This document shows, piece by piece, positions 1 to 12,899 of a DNA stretch of 64,000 nucleotides. Below the pieces are notes generated by a model. It was not told the DNA's origin. It was given only the letters and a program-made list of their open reading frames with translations, and made no database searches. The stretch comes from Vicugna vicugna (taxonomy: Eukaryota). The stretch is taken from assembly GCA_013265495.1 (NCBI GenBank), contig MU058221.1:4156001-4220000 (forward strand), in the 5' to 3' direction. The translations under genes and the position numbers were made by a program. Numbering within the stretch: position 1 is the stretch's first letter; every line of letters begins with the position of its first letter.

Positions 1-29
1 AAAGCGCAGTGAGAGAGCCCACGGCTTCA

Positions 30-157
30 AACTTCAGTTTTCTTATCTCTAAGATAAAAGCCATGTCAATTTTAAAGATAACTGAGATAACTGTGGGGTT
101 TAAATCAGGGACCTTTTGTACAGTGTCTGGAATATATTAAGAACTCAAGAAATAGTG
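30..157 (+). mobile_element. MIR SINE fragment
   Basis: cttcagttttcttatctctaa...cagtgtctggaatatattaagaactcaagaaat resembles the MIR core and 3' tail. Confidence 0.5.
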
Positions 158-3100
158 AGGAAGAAGTAAAGGAAAGTGTGCTCTGCACCCACCTCCACCT
201 CTTCCCAGGTCCCAACACGCCCATCCAACTGTTCTAAGAGAGTAACATTTTGTAATTATTGGACGCAGAGTATAACTGATGAACATTCCTGGGTCCACTT
301 GCATTAAAAACTAACAGAACGTATTGAGATAGTGTAAACTTTGATGTAGAATGGGGAAGGGTATGGAGTTGAGAGAAATTAATAAAACCAAGGAAAGACC
401 CTCATCTGCTTTATGAAGAGAGCAAGCATGACTGTATCCACATAACCCACACTCCTGCCCAGCCCAGCACTGACTGGAAACTCCTTGTGCCTGTGGTCTT
501 AGTTTTAGCTTCCAAACAGATTTAGAGACGGAAAAACAACTGCACTGCAGAGTAACCAGCACAGCTCATCAACGCAGCCAACATCACATGAACGTAGCTC
601 ATTGCAAGTCTTGGAGAGAAAAGATATATATCTGTGCCACTGCAGTGACACCTCTGTGACACTGATTCCTTTCTCATTTCTGTCATTCCTTTCCATATCC
701 TAGCAAAGAATCCTAAGCCAATAGGGACTCAGAATTTAGTCACAATGTTGGGCTGAACTGTCTGAAGTGGGTCCACTTCAAAATGGTAAATTAAACAGCT
801 GACCTCTTCTATCTCTGTCCCTTTCAACAACTATCTTCTTACCTTGGGGGTGATTGTAAACATTTTCCTCTCAGAGGATAAGCCCAGAATCATAATATCC
901 ATTGTCTCTTGTCAAAATGTATCTTACCTACATCTCCATCCTTCAACTAGTCTTGTCTTGATACACCTCATACACTAGTCCACGTAGCTGATATTGGCTT
1001 AATGCACTACTTGTATCTCAGACACCCCATCCATACTTTAGCAGAAGCCAGTGACGCCTTTACCCAAAACTAAAACAAACAAAGAAACATCAGTTACTCC
1101 ACCAGGCAGATTCTGGAAATACGTTGTAGCGGGGAGTTCACCATCTTTGTTCCTACTCAAGTCTGCTTAAAAATGCATTTTTCTGAACTGCGGCTGAGGG
1201 ACGTTCATGTTTTGCCAAATACCATTTTGAAAATATTATTGTTCACAATAACATCTTCTTGAATTTTCTCTTCTATCCTTTCGTTTTTAAACAGTGCCTT
1301 ATAGAAGCCAGACACTCTACAACTGATAGGCATGCCAAAAAAAAAAATTCTCTGGACTCAGTTTAGTAAGAAAAAAACAAACCTATCAGCTCAATACAGG
1401 TGGGGACACGGGACTTTGAGATTAAGAGCCTCATGTTCCCTGTCTGAAAGGGAACAAGGTTGTTCAGTTGTATAGATTTATGACGTGGAATGAAAAGGGA
1501 ACAAATAGTTTCTCTCAGTCCACAAGTCCTATTCATGTTGAAAGAAAAAAGTCTATTCAATTATTCCCTTTCCGTCAGATTGCCAAGTCCTGTACTGTTG
1601 GGTTGATTAAATTCCCTGTTTGAAAACTCCAAAAATATTTGAATAAGAGGGACCAAATACACAGATGATTGTAAGTGATTTAAATTCCAGTGGAGTTTGC
1701 CTCTCTTTCCGTGTTGCTTTTACACAAGAAGTTCAATCAGAACTTCTGTGAATCTTGGGTTTGGAGTTCTCAAACAATATGTCTCCTATTAACCCTGACT
1801 TTCTTATTCGTTTTCAGATCGACTTTGTCAGTACATTTCTCACAGATGTGTCCTGAGAGACAGATATCTACTCTGTTTTTTGCTCAGATTTGTTTTGAAA
1901 TGTTCACCACAATCTCTAGACATGCAGCCTCTTAAAAAAAATGTAAGAAAGAAAAGAAAAGGAAGGGGCCGCGTTTCCTAAGCCCTCGCTTTGATCAGCT
2001 CCAAACCACACGCTCTTATCAAAAACCTTCGTCTCCTAACTGCTCTCTGCATTTCAGTGGCTTCCAAGTCCACGTCAGCACGCTGTTACTCAGCACCTCA
2101 AAGGGGCCCCGCAGGCACGAGGCTCTGGATAGAAATGACAGGAAGAAAACTTGCAGAATTTCTTTTTAAAAAAAATCTTAAATGTCGTGGAAGTAAAAGA
2201 AAACGTACTTTTGAAAGGTACATTTCTTTATATAAAAAGAATGAATGTAACGAAAAGTTGATTGTGTGATTCTAAGAGCAAGTGTGAGAGAAGATGGGAA
2301 GAGGGAGAAGCAACTGTCCTGGAGACTCTTAGCTCGGAGCTGGAGAGATGGGTGGAAGCCACGCAGGCTGCCTCCGCCTGCTCTCAGAGAGGCGGTCCGG
2401 CAGCTGGGGCTGCCCGCCTTCCTAGGGAGGTCATGTTCTTATTCAGAGTTAGTGTGTGACTTAACAAAAGCGGGGAACCCTTCCTTTGTCCCAGGTACTG
2501 AGCAAAGGACTGGGCACAGAGCAAGAAAACAAGACAGATGTGAAACTGCCAATACAGGAATTACCATCTAGCTGGGAAGTCAGAGATTAAATTAATCCTC
2601 ACTTGTAGTTACTAATACAACGATGACAAGTGTCGTGAAGGGGTACGGGATCCTCAGACTGCGTGCTTGAGGGGCTGGATGAAGACCAGGGTGCCTGCCA
2701 AGGAGAGCAGTGTGGGAGAGTGCCCAGACAGCAGCCTGCAGGGCTTACCAGGGACCAAGACGTGTTAACCTCTCTTGGATGTTTTGTCATTTATTCTAAT
2801 GGTAACAGGCAACCCTTTTGGGAATTAAGCACAGTGATAACCTGACTGGATTTGGAGATATTAATTAGGACACTGAATTTTGATCAGCAGATCCCAGTCC
2901 TAGCCCCTCTCCCGGCCCATCAACCATCTCTGTTTCCTGGCCTTGCCCTCATCATTTGTCAAGTGGGACTATGTGATGTAGGTGAGATGAGAACAGGTAC
3001 GTGAATTATAAAGTGGCATTCGGTGCCCACACATGTGTGTAAGGGACCGCCGCTTTTTTCATCCATCTTTATATCATCTGCCACTAAGAACATGCCTGTA

Positions 3101-5040
3101 TCATCACACAGGGACCGCTAAATGTTTTCGCATAGAATACGCAAGTGTACGCACACAAACACACACGTGGGGGTATGTTCCAGAGAAAGCCAAGCTCCAG
3201 AAACCTGCCCTCCAAGGGTCGCCTCTTTCTGGTTACTTTGGGAAAGAAGAGTTGTGTCAAATCCATTCCTGGTCACCGTGCCACAGGGTCACCACTGAAA
3301 ACTCGATCCCAGGAAATTTGCTCTTTCATTTTTCACTGCTGCAATCACACCCCAGCTGGCCCGATTCCTACAGTGGGCAGGGAGGAATCCCGCACTCAGA
3401 TCTGCAGGGCTGGTCCTCCTTGGCGTGTCTTAATCTCTCAGCCACTGTTCCCAGAGCCTTCAGCCACTTCAGGGTGGCTGGGACCACAGAGGGCTTCCAG
3501 GCTCGGCCATGCGCTGTTTCAAAACCAGCCATTGCCTTCGTAAGTCCTGGCCTTCGTGTTCACCTTTGTCACCAGTGCTGACCCCCGACCCCTCACAGGA
3601 CGTTTCCTTTGCTATAGCCTCCATGTTCTTTCCTGCCAACTAACCTCTACCACCTTAGAAAAGGTCTAGTAACATTGAATTTCTAAAAGGAAAAGGATTC
3701 AAGTTCAATTGATCGCGTTCCATCAATGACGTTCGTTGGCCTTGATTGCAAGAGTTCTCCCCAGAAGCTAGCTCTGCAAAGCATGGAAGTTGCTATTACC
3801 CAGGTATCAAATCTTATCACCGTCTAACCCACGTCCCAGGGTCCTAACTATCTCGCATACGCTTTTTAAGAATAAATTTAACTTATTTTCTTACAACTCA
3901 ATCTCAACCACGTGGACCCTGCTACTAATTTGATTGCGTCTTGTGTCAAAACCCAATTTCATATGCCCTATATTTCCCTTTGGAACAGCTTCGTGAAGCC
4001 TGTGAGGTCTTCAACTTCTTTTCAGGCCTTTACAATAGTTGTGCTGTAGGCACGATAAACATTTGTTCAAGTTGACAGAACTATTCCTGCAAGGAACTAT
4101 TTTTGTGGTCTAGTTAGCAATATCTATTTTGAAGTCTTCTCAAGGAACAAACTGAATTCCCTCCACCTCAAGATTATCTTTCCAGCTCTTCTCGCTTCTC
4201 CATCTGTCCTATATCCAAATGACAGTTTCTTGGACATCCAAATCCATTACGTGTGCCCGATGACATTCCTTCCTTAGCAGACAAGAACAGTCGTGTCTTC
4301 CCATCTCTTAGGAATGGCTCCCGGTATTGCAGACGTGAAGACGCACACAGCTGCTGGTGAGAGCACTGGATTTGTGACGGGGCATCGATGCTAAGAGACT
4401 TAACCTGTTTTTCGGTGTCAGTCAAACCCCAAGGGAGACTACTGGGTAAATCTCCCAGCATAGTGATGCAGTGTTCTTGCTGTTTTCTTTGGGGAGCAAT
4501 TTTTTCATTATTTATTCCACCTTTAATGTTATTGAGCCAGCTGGGTTCATGTGGGTGCTGATGAAGTGAACGTTTCATTCACTCATAATCTGAAAGGTCA
4601 GGAATAGGTGAATTTTCTCAAGGAAGCTCTAGGGGCCATTTGTTTTCCAACAGTCGTAAAATCTAGTATTTCCATTTTAATACACAAAGTGGAAATAGAA
4701 ACAGTTTAAACGATTGTAGACAAATTCAAGATCATAGGGCATAGATCCAGTATGGTCTATTAGGAAAACAAAGACACTGGGCAACTCCCTGATGCCTTGA
4801 ATTCGACACCTTGGGGGATAGTTACACAGCCTTTCATAAATGTCATCGAACCAATGAGCTTCCGCCCTGCTCAGCATCTGCATTCCCTAGGGATCTGATT
4901 CTCGGAACCCCGCATCCGTCTGCAAACTTGTCCTGTTAATAAAAGGTTCTCTTTCCTTAACGTGTGTAAAATTATATTTCTCTCTTCACTAAAGTATTTT
5001 TAAAACTTTTACCCAGATTACGATCTGGTTACTCTGATTA

Positions 5041-5176
5041 CAACCATACCCCGGAAATATTGTGGGTTCAGTTCCAGACCACCACAATAAAGCGAATGCT
5101 GCAATAAAATGAGCCACGCCCATTGTTTTGGCTTCCCAGTGCATATTAAAGTTATGTTTACACTATACTATAGTCT
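5041..5176 (-). mobile_element. Tigger1 (TcMar) DNA transposon terminal fragment
   Basis: After TA: caaccataccccggaaatattgtgggttcagttccagaccaccacaataaagcgaat...cccagtgcatattaaagttatgtttacactatac matches the recalled Tigger1 end. Confidence 0.8.
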
Positions 5177-5177
5177 G

Positions 5178-5400
5178 TATCCAGAATAGAAAAACTCACA
5201 GGAACAGAAAGCCAATGGTGGCTGTGGGGGGCAAGGGCGGGGCAGTGAGGCTTCCCACTCAGTGGTGCCGGGTTTTGTATGGGAGTGATGAAAATGTTTT
5301 TAAACTACCAAGGACTGGTGATTTCACAACATTTTGAATGCACTAAAAGCCTTTGCAGTATTCACCTTAAAATGGTTACCGCTATGTGAATTTGACTTAA
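5178..5400 (+). mobile_element. Old L1M 3' UTR fragment
   Basis: gtgatgaaaatgtttttaaacta...cacaacattttgaatgcactaaaag...atgtgaatt is typical of L1MB/MC 3' ends. Confidence 0.65.
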
Positions 5401-5809
5401 GTACGTGTTTTAAAATAGAAAATAAAAACCGGTGGGAAGCCAGAGTATAACACCTTTTAGTGCGTAAATACATCACGTGTAAATATTTTTCCGGAAGGCT
5501 GGGAGGGCTGAGCCAATGTAGGACCATTTCTCTTGCCCTCTCGTTTCAGTTTATGTTTCTTAAAGCTAAAATGTATTGACTATTACTGAATAATAAATAT
5601 GCTAAATGTGCTGAAAACAAGAGAAGAGGTGCACAAGTGTACATATATGTACAACATTCACTCAGTATAAACATCTCGGAGAAGATACGTTTCAAAGCTG
5701 CTTTCTTGGTGAAAGTGTGTTTGTCTAGGTGCTAGGGATGAGAGTCAAGGCTGGGCAGGTGGGATCACTGGGGCTGCACAGGTCAAGAATTTCCATGTGT
5801 GGCATGCGA

Positions 5810-5928
5810 GTCCTTAGAAAACTGAAAACAGACTTAGAGTATGACCCAGCACCCCCACTCCTGGGCATGCATCTGGAGGGAACTCCAGTTTGAAAAGATC
5901 CATGCACCCCAATGTTCACAGCAGCACC
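5810..5928 (+). mobile_element. L1 ORF2 3' fragment
   Basis: tatgacccagcacccccactcctgggcat...catgcaccccaatgttcacagcagca, homologous to the L1 at 6560-6680. Confidence 0.8.
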
Positions 5929-6377
5929 AGAAGAAGGGGAATGTAGAAAAAGGGGTCATACTCTTGCTTCCCCCCTGATTGCTCCCCACTGGCTGAAAGT
6001 TGTAACGGTGCCTTTCCTACATGACTGCGCAGGTGGTCGCTTACTTGCCAGTAATTCAAATAACGAACATCGTCACCTCTGCTGACTCTTGCCAATGCAG
6101 GTTAATTTTTCTCAAAGAGAAATGTTGCTTTGAATCAGTCTCTGTGCATTTCTCAACAACAACAACAAAAAGTGGGGAGAGGGGCCAGGGCACAAGGAAA
6201 CAGGATTTTTCAAGAGTAGGCACATGATGGAACTTTGAGTTTCAAATGACTGAAACTATACCTCGTTTTGCCCACCAATCAAAAAAAAAATTATAGTAAA
6301 ATTAACTGAGACGTTCAGAACTGCCGAAGCGAAAATGCGGTCATTGGAAAGCAAGCGAAAGCAAGTTCCTGTGAGGA

Positions 6378-7226
6378 CAGATATTGAGTATCTTTCCAAA
6401 ACTGCAATGAGATTATCACCTAACATGAGTCAGAATGCCCATAATCAATAAGTGTACAAACAATAAATGCCGGAGAGGGTGTGGAGAAAAAGGAGCCCTC
6501 CTGGACTGTTGGTTAGAATGGAAATTGGTGCAGTAACTATGGAGGACAGTATGAAGTTTCCTTAAAAAACTAAAAGTAGACTTACCATACGATGCAGGAA
6601 TCCCACTCCCGGGCATATAGCCAGAAAAAACCAAAATTCAAAAAAGACACATGCACTTCAATGTTCAGAGCAACAATATTTACAATACCCAAGACATGGA
6701 AACAGCCTAAATGTCTATCAACAGATGACTGGATAAAGAAGCTGTGGTGTGTATATATATATATATACATGGAATATTACTCAGCCATAAAAAAGAATGA
6801 ACTCATGCCATTGGCAGCAACATGCATGAACCTAGGGATCATCATATTTAGTGAAGTAAGTCAGACAGAGAGAGAAATATCACTGATATCACTTACATGT
6901 GGAATCTAAAAAGAGATATAAATTTTATTTACAAACCAGAAATAGACTCATGCACATAGAAAAAAATACAGTTACCAAAGGGGAAAGGGTGGGGGAGGGA
7001 TAAATTAAGAGTTTGGAATTAACAGACACACACTACTGTATATAAAACAGATAAACAACAAGAACCTACTGTATAGCACAGGGAACTGTATTCAGTTTCT
7101 TGTAATAAGCTGTAATGGAAAAGAATCTGAAAAAAAATGTATACATGTATAATTGAATGGCTTTGCTGTATACCTGAAACTAATATTGTAAGTCAACTAC
7201 ACTTCAATAAAAAATAAATTTAAATA
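6378..7226 (+). mobile_element. 5'-truncated LINE-1 (ORF2 C-terminus, 3' UTR, A-tail) with short 5' inversion
   Basis: ORF 6592-6909 reads KKDTCTSMF...KTWKQPKC...WIKKLW...MEYYSAIKKNE (L1 ORF2 C-terminus); TSD aaagcaagttcctgtgagga (6358-6377) vs aaagaaaggtcctgtgagga (7227-7246). Confidence 0.93.
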
Positions 7227-7879
7227 AAAGAAAGGTCCTGTGAGGAGGGACACCTCCTCGCTTCAAGAGGAATGACAACTACTATGCCATGTTTGAAGGT
7301 CCATCAAGTGAGGCAAGAGGTTCTAAACTGAAGAGATCGAAGAGCTGGGAAGCTATATGACTGCTTTCTTCTGGATCTCCAGGGAAGAGCAGGCATTAAT
7401 CCCAGCTCAGTATAAGTTTACCAAGGGTCTCAGCAGGTGCAAGTTACCAAGATTCAGCTGCAGGTTGTGAGTGTGGCTTTGCTGGAACCCAGAGTTAGGG
7501 TCTCCGTCATTAGAGAGCATGGGATGCCACGGCCACGGAGATGGACGCCAAGAGGTGCTGTGTGTGAAGGCTAATGGCTTCCATGGTATGTGCGACCCTC
7601 AGCGCTCACTGATGGAGGCGGCGCTGAGAAACCTGAGGCCTGCAGGCAGTGCGGGTTATCGTAATAATGACCCCATTTGTATCACAGACTGGTCAGAGGT
7701 GGGGACACACAGATTACAGAAGTCACAGGAACACTTTGCACAGCTGCCAAGACCGGGAAAGCCCCTTTTCTCACGAACTCCGAGGTTGGGTCTAAATAAG
7801 GATGCTGAAAGTCTTGACAGCAACCACCAGAGAAACGGCCACGGCCGCGCCCAGCACTTCTAGCTCACTCGTCCCGCTC

Positions 7880-8330
7880 AGCTTCTAGCCTTGTATCTGC
7901 CACACGAAATTTCAAAAATATCCACTAGACACATCGCCTGTTCGTCACTGCGGTCCGAGTCTCTCCATCTTTGGTGACGTAAGTCCCCAGATGCAGAAGG
8001 TAAAGCTCCAGGTTTTACTCCCTTCTCTCAGTGACATATACCCCCTACGTCTGTCTTATTTCCCCAGCTCAGTTTTCAAAACCACGTGAGTCTCGCCCCT
8101 TCCATAGACGCATCTCCCATCTTCTCTCTGAACATCATCAGTTTTTTTATTTTAACACACATCTGAAAGGACTAAAACATGCCATTGTGTATACCAGCTG
8201 ATAAGGGTGATCCTCATCCACAAGGTGTATTTAAAAACTTCCCAATATCTGAAACCCATTTTCCTCATCACAGCGTCTAGCAAAGGCACATTACAGTGGA
8301 CCAATAAATACAGACTGACTTCAGTGCTTA
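7880..8330 (+). mobile_element. L2 LINE relic (probable)
   Basis: Degenerate pyrimidine-rich L2-like motifs (tctctccatctttggtgac, ttttactcccttctctc); family assignment approximate. Confidence 0.35.
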
Positions 8331-9095
8331 AAAAGAAAAATTTTTTTTGCCCTCTTCTATGCATTTGGTTCTATTAGCAATTGTAGTTTTAGCTGAACGG
8401 TGCAATTCACACAGAAAACCCATACTTTAAGAATATTCACTATCTAATTAGAATGCCTCCTCACTCCAACCAGTGGCATAAATGTCACATTTTTATATTT
8501 AATATCCCTATTTATTTGCCATGTGTGCACATACATAATTTTTTTCTAATAAATTTGATCTATCTCACAGTACAAAGTGTAACTATTTCTAATTAGTTTG
8601 ATCAAAGATACCACAGTCAGTGCTGAGAAATGGAAATTATGCTAATAAAAATTCTATTGCTTCTGACAGGAGGAAAAACGGTCCTACATTGACTCAGCCC
8701 TCGCAGTCTTCCAGAAAAATATTTACATGTGACGTATTTACAAGGGCACATAAATGTGTATGGAGTCATAGTTTGTAATATTCCCAAAGGCCTTGCCGCA
8801 GAAGCGGCCGGACAGAAAGCTATTTCTTCCGACTCTCTTATTATCCGTGCTGTTTTCTGCACTGGTCTATTATGACTTTGACTCCTTCACACTCTGTGAG
8901 GATGGATGGGGCAAACCATGAAATGGGCTGGCCCTGGAGAGACCTAGCGGTGCTCTCTCGTGTGATCCTTTCCTTCCGGAGACTGTGATGTCAGAAGACA
9001 GTAGGGCGTTCTTACTAAAACAATGACTCATGCAAGGAGTGTGTGCCAAGGATAAGAAGTAAACTAACATTTATTAAGACATAAATGTGTGACGA

Positions 9096-9314
9096 GGGGG
9101 GAGGGTATAGCGCAGTGGTACAGCGCGTGCCTAACATGCACGAGGTCCTGGGTTCGATCCCCAGTAGCTCCATTAAATAAATAGATAAATAAATGAATGA
9201 ATGAATGAATGAATAAATAAATAAATAAATAAATAAACAAACCTAATTACTCCCCACCCCCCCAAAAAATTTCAAAAGATAAAACTGAATAAAGAAAAAT
9301 AAATACATAAATAA
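9096..9314 (+). mobile_element. Camelid tRNA-derived SINE (Vic-1-like)
   Basis: ggggagggtatagcgcagtggta (A box)...gggttcgatcccc (B box), (AAAT/GAAT)n tail, aacctaattac motif; TSD ataaatgtgtga(c/t)ga at 9081-9095 and 9315-9329. Confidence 0.92.
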
Positions 9315-9857
9315 ATAAATGTGTGATGAGGTCAGTGGAAGGTGAGCTGAAGTTAAGTGCCTGGGGGCAGACCTGGAAATGACAGATTTCTTCCATGGTA
9401 CCAGAGATCAGAGACAAAAAAATAAAAGAAATGTTAGAAAGTAGCACAGCACCTAAGGAACAAAAATACAGAATAGTTATTGCAGAAGATGCCCTTTGGA
9501 GGACTTTAATAGGACATGATCTAAACAAACAATTTCTACGAGGAATTATGATTCCACGTGCCTTGGGAGTTAACTTTGCAGCCAGAACTATCTGAGTTCA
9601 AATCTTTCCTCCTCTATGAGGTGTCGTGTGATCTTAATTTTATGAGGTGCACTGAATCTTAGTTTCTTCTCCTAGAGAATGTATCAACCAAAGTCCTAGG
9701 CTCATGGAGGAAGTTCCATAAATAAAGATTCTACCTCTTTTTTTCTAGTATGTGTTCACTTATTTGTTCATGCAGTAATAATTAATAGGGACAAACTAAG
9801 ACTAAGGAAATAGGGATACAGAATTCAAAAACTCTAGTGTCCTTCTTTATCTTTCTT

Positions 9858-10130
9858 TACAGTTACCAGGGGAAAAGAGGTGGGAAGGAATAAATTTAGG
9901 AGTTTGAGATTTGCAACTGACAACCTTTATATATAAAAATAGGTTAAAAAACAAATGTGTTCTATATAGCACAGAGAACTATATTCAATATCTTGTAATA
10001 ACCTTTAATGAAAAAGAATATGAAAACAAATATATATATACGTGTATATATATATATATATACACATATATATACATATATGAATGGGACATTATGCTGT
10101 ACACTGAAAATTGACACATTGTAACTGACT
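9858..10130 (+). mobile_element. L1 3' UTR fragment lacking poly(A)
   Basis: gttaccaggggaaaag...tatagcacagagaactatattcaatatc...ttgacacattgtaactgact; flanked by actctagtgtc at 9831 and 10128. Confidence 0.88.
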
Positions 10131-10184
10131 CTAGTGTCATCCCTTTTTAAGTAAAGGCTTATAGTTTACTCATGAGTAAGCTGC

Positions 10185-10808
10185 ATATGTCCAGAAGGAA
10201 GCCTACTTCAAAAAGACACCTGCACCCCAGTGTTCATAGCAGCACTGTTTACAATAGCCAAGACATGGAAGCAGCCTAGATGTGCATCAACAGATGACTG
10301 GATAAAGAAGATGTGGTATATTTACACAATGGAATACTATTCAGCCATAAAAATGACAACATAATGCCATTTTCAGCAACATGGATGTTCCTGGAGAATG
10401 TCATTCTAAGTGAAGTAAGCCAGTAAGAGAAAGAAAAATACCATATGAGATCGCTCATATGTGGAATCTAAAAAAAATAAAAAATAAAAAAATAAACAAA
10501 GCATAAATACAAAACAGAAATAGACTCATAGACATAGAATACAAACTTGTGGTTGCCAGGGGGGTGGGGGGTGGGAAGGGACAGGCTGGGATTTCAACAT
10601 ATTGCAAAACGTAGAAGATAAACAAGATTATACTGTATAGCACAGGGAAATATATACAAGATCTTGTGGTAGCTCACAGTGAAAAAACAATGTGACAATG
10701 ATGTATGTTCATGTATAACTGAAAAATTGTGCTCTGCACTGGAACTTGACACAACATTGTAAAATGACTATAACACAATAAAAAAATGTAAAAAGTAAAA
10801 AAATAAAA
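10185..10808 (+). mobile_element. 5'-truncated LINE-1 3' end
   Basis: aaaagacacctgcaccccagtgttcatagcagc...atggaatactattcagccataaaa...tgtggaatctaaaa...aataaa plus A-rich tail. Confidence 0.92.
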
Positions 10809-11621
10809 TTGAATCTCTGTAATGCCTTCCAAATAATAAAGAAACCATTACCAATAGTGGGGAAATACAGAGGCAACTTCACAAATTTATAAGTAAGGTG
10901 TGTAATATTGGCATTTGTACATGAAATGCCAGAATATAAATAATAAAGAGGTGCTTTAAAACAGCATAATTAGCTTCCAGAATCATAACCAAGTCAGAAG
11001 AGTACAGCAGTGTGAAGGTGGGTGAACTGTGGCCCCTGGAAGCCTGGAAATGGAGAAAGGCTCACAGAGATGAAAAATGACAGCTCCTCATCACTGTTGT
11101 GCAGATTATTCAGTCTAGACAAGATGCTCTGGGTATTCCAGTCATAAATTCGAGAAGAGCCCTTTTCACAAGATGTATGCCACCTTCAGTGTTACTCATT
11201 GCGTAATTAATCCATCCCCGAACTTCATGCTCACACTACGTGATTTTGTCCCTCATGTAGGAACGATTATAGAGATAGATTTTATAGACTATGTTCGCTC
11301 AGGAACTCCAATTTTCAAAGTTCTTTTATCTCTCATATGAAATTGGTAAGTGAGCACTTCGTTTAAGCACATTCATTCATGGGCTTGGTTAATGAGTCAA
11401 CTCTAAACTTCCCTCAAAAATTCCATTTCTGCCTGAAAATTGAAGCCCCGTGGTAGCCTTTCTGCCCATACTCAGAGGCCAAGTATCTGTATTTTGGATG
11501 TCACTGTGAAATGAAATGTTCACTTCTGCAAGGCATTGTCTTGAAAGGACAGACCAACTGCTTAAAGCCCTGAGTGACTGAGTCCAGAGAGTGAGATTCA
11601 GGATCTAGATTACAATTGTGG

Positions 11622-11745
11622 TTTTTAAAAAATGTTTATTCTTGAGATATCACTGACATATCATATTGCATTAGCTTTCGATGTGCAACAGGATGGTTTG
11701 GTAAATGTACGGATTGTGAAACGATCACAAGTTTTGACAACATTA
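11622..11745 (-). mobile_element. L1 3' terminal fragment (antisense)
   Basis: tttattcttgagatatcactgacatatcatattgcattag...attgtgaaacgatcac resembles an L1MA-type 3' end. Confidence 0.6.
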
Positions 11746-12009
11746 CTATTGTAGTTCCGGCACCATCTCCCTGCTTCTTAATGCGAACGATCCAGTTTGG
11801 AATCCTGTTTGCCCTTTCTCATGCCTCCATTCTCGGAACATCTTTTTTTTTTTTTTTTTCCCAATACCTTTCCAATTCTTTCACTCCCAACACCAAAACA
11901 TAGCCTGCAACTTGAGTCAGGGAGGTATTTTCAGCGACTGTGAGAAGTGTGGTCAGTCTCTTTTCACCCACTCCGTGATGAAAGAAATCAGGAGCAAAAG
12001 TTTTCTTGA

Positions 12010-12135
12010 CAATATGAAAACGAACACATGCATGTGTATGGGAGACTGGGACACTGCGCTGTGCACCAGAAATGGACACTTTGTAACTGACTGGACTTCA
12101 AGAAAAACAGCCGCATGAAAAAGGAAATAAAAATT
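12010..12135 (+). mobile_element. L1 3' terminal fragment
   Basis: Homologous to 10017-10130 (gggacac...gctgtgcaccagaaatggacactttgtaactgact). Confidence 0.8.
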
Positions 12136-12899
12136 TACGTACAGATGTATTTGAAATCATCTATCAGAATGATGCCTTATATTTGTATAATTTCTTAGCT
12201 TACAAAACATATAAATATATGTGATCTGATTGGTTTCACAGTGTCTCTGAGTACAAATAAAGAAATGAGAAAAGTGAAGGTTAAGTGGGTTAAGTGGTGC
12301 TTCCAAGATATAAAAGGTATGGGTCCGATTCAGACAAATTCAAGTCTTTCTAGACTTAAAATGAAGAGGGGTTTTGTTTGTTTTCATTTTGTTTGATTTT
12401 CTGTTTGTTTTTAACCATACAGAGTATTAACTCCTAATGGGGAGAAAAGAATATAATAAAATAAAATCTACAGCAATTTTCCATGAGAAACTTAATGTTT
12501 ATCTGGAGAGATACCACACACATCTAATTTTTTTAAAGTATTAACTTATATGATCTGTGAATAAATGCAGGAAAAAACTGTAGGATTGAAGGAGTCAGGA
12601 AGATCATGCAATAGGCATGTCTGACAGGAAGCGATAAAACTATAAGACACTAAGTGGTTCTGCTCATCCAGAAATGTGAAAACATTTAGACATCCAGGAC
12701 CACATAGACAAAGCCACTAACGGATGATTATTCCAACAATTACTTTTTGGTGAACACAGCTTAAACACTAAGGTGATCTTCACTTTAGCTCTTTTATAAG
12801 TAAAAGAAATGGATGAGATGCATGCATGATGGTTATGACCGTAGATAAGAGTTTGGATCTCATGTACTAAAAGTCTTGTCGAGAAAACCAACTTCTCGC

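Noticed and set aside
1793..1820. Branch point, pyrimidine tract and CAG acceptor
   Set aside because: Isolated splice-like signal with no supportable exon
9096..9172. tRNA gene (also at 16248 and 47013)
   Set aside because: tRNA-like head is followed by an (AAAT)n tail, with a TSD at 9096, so these are SINEs
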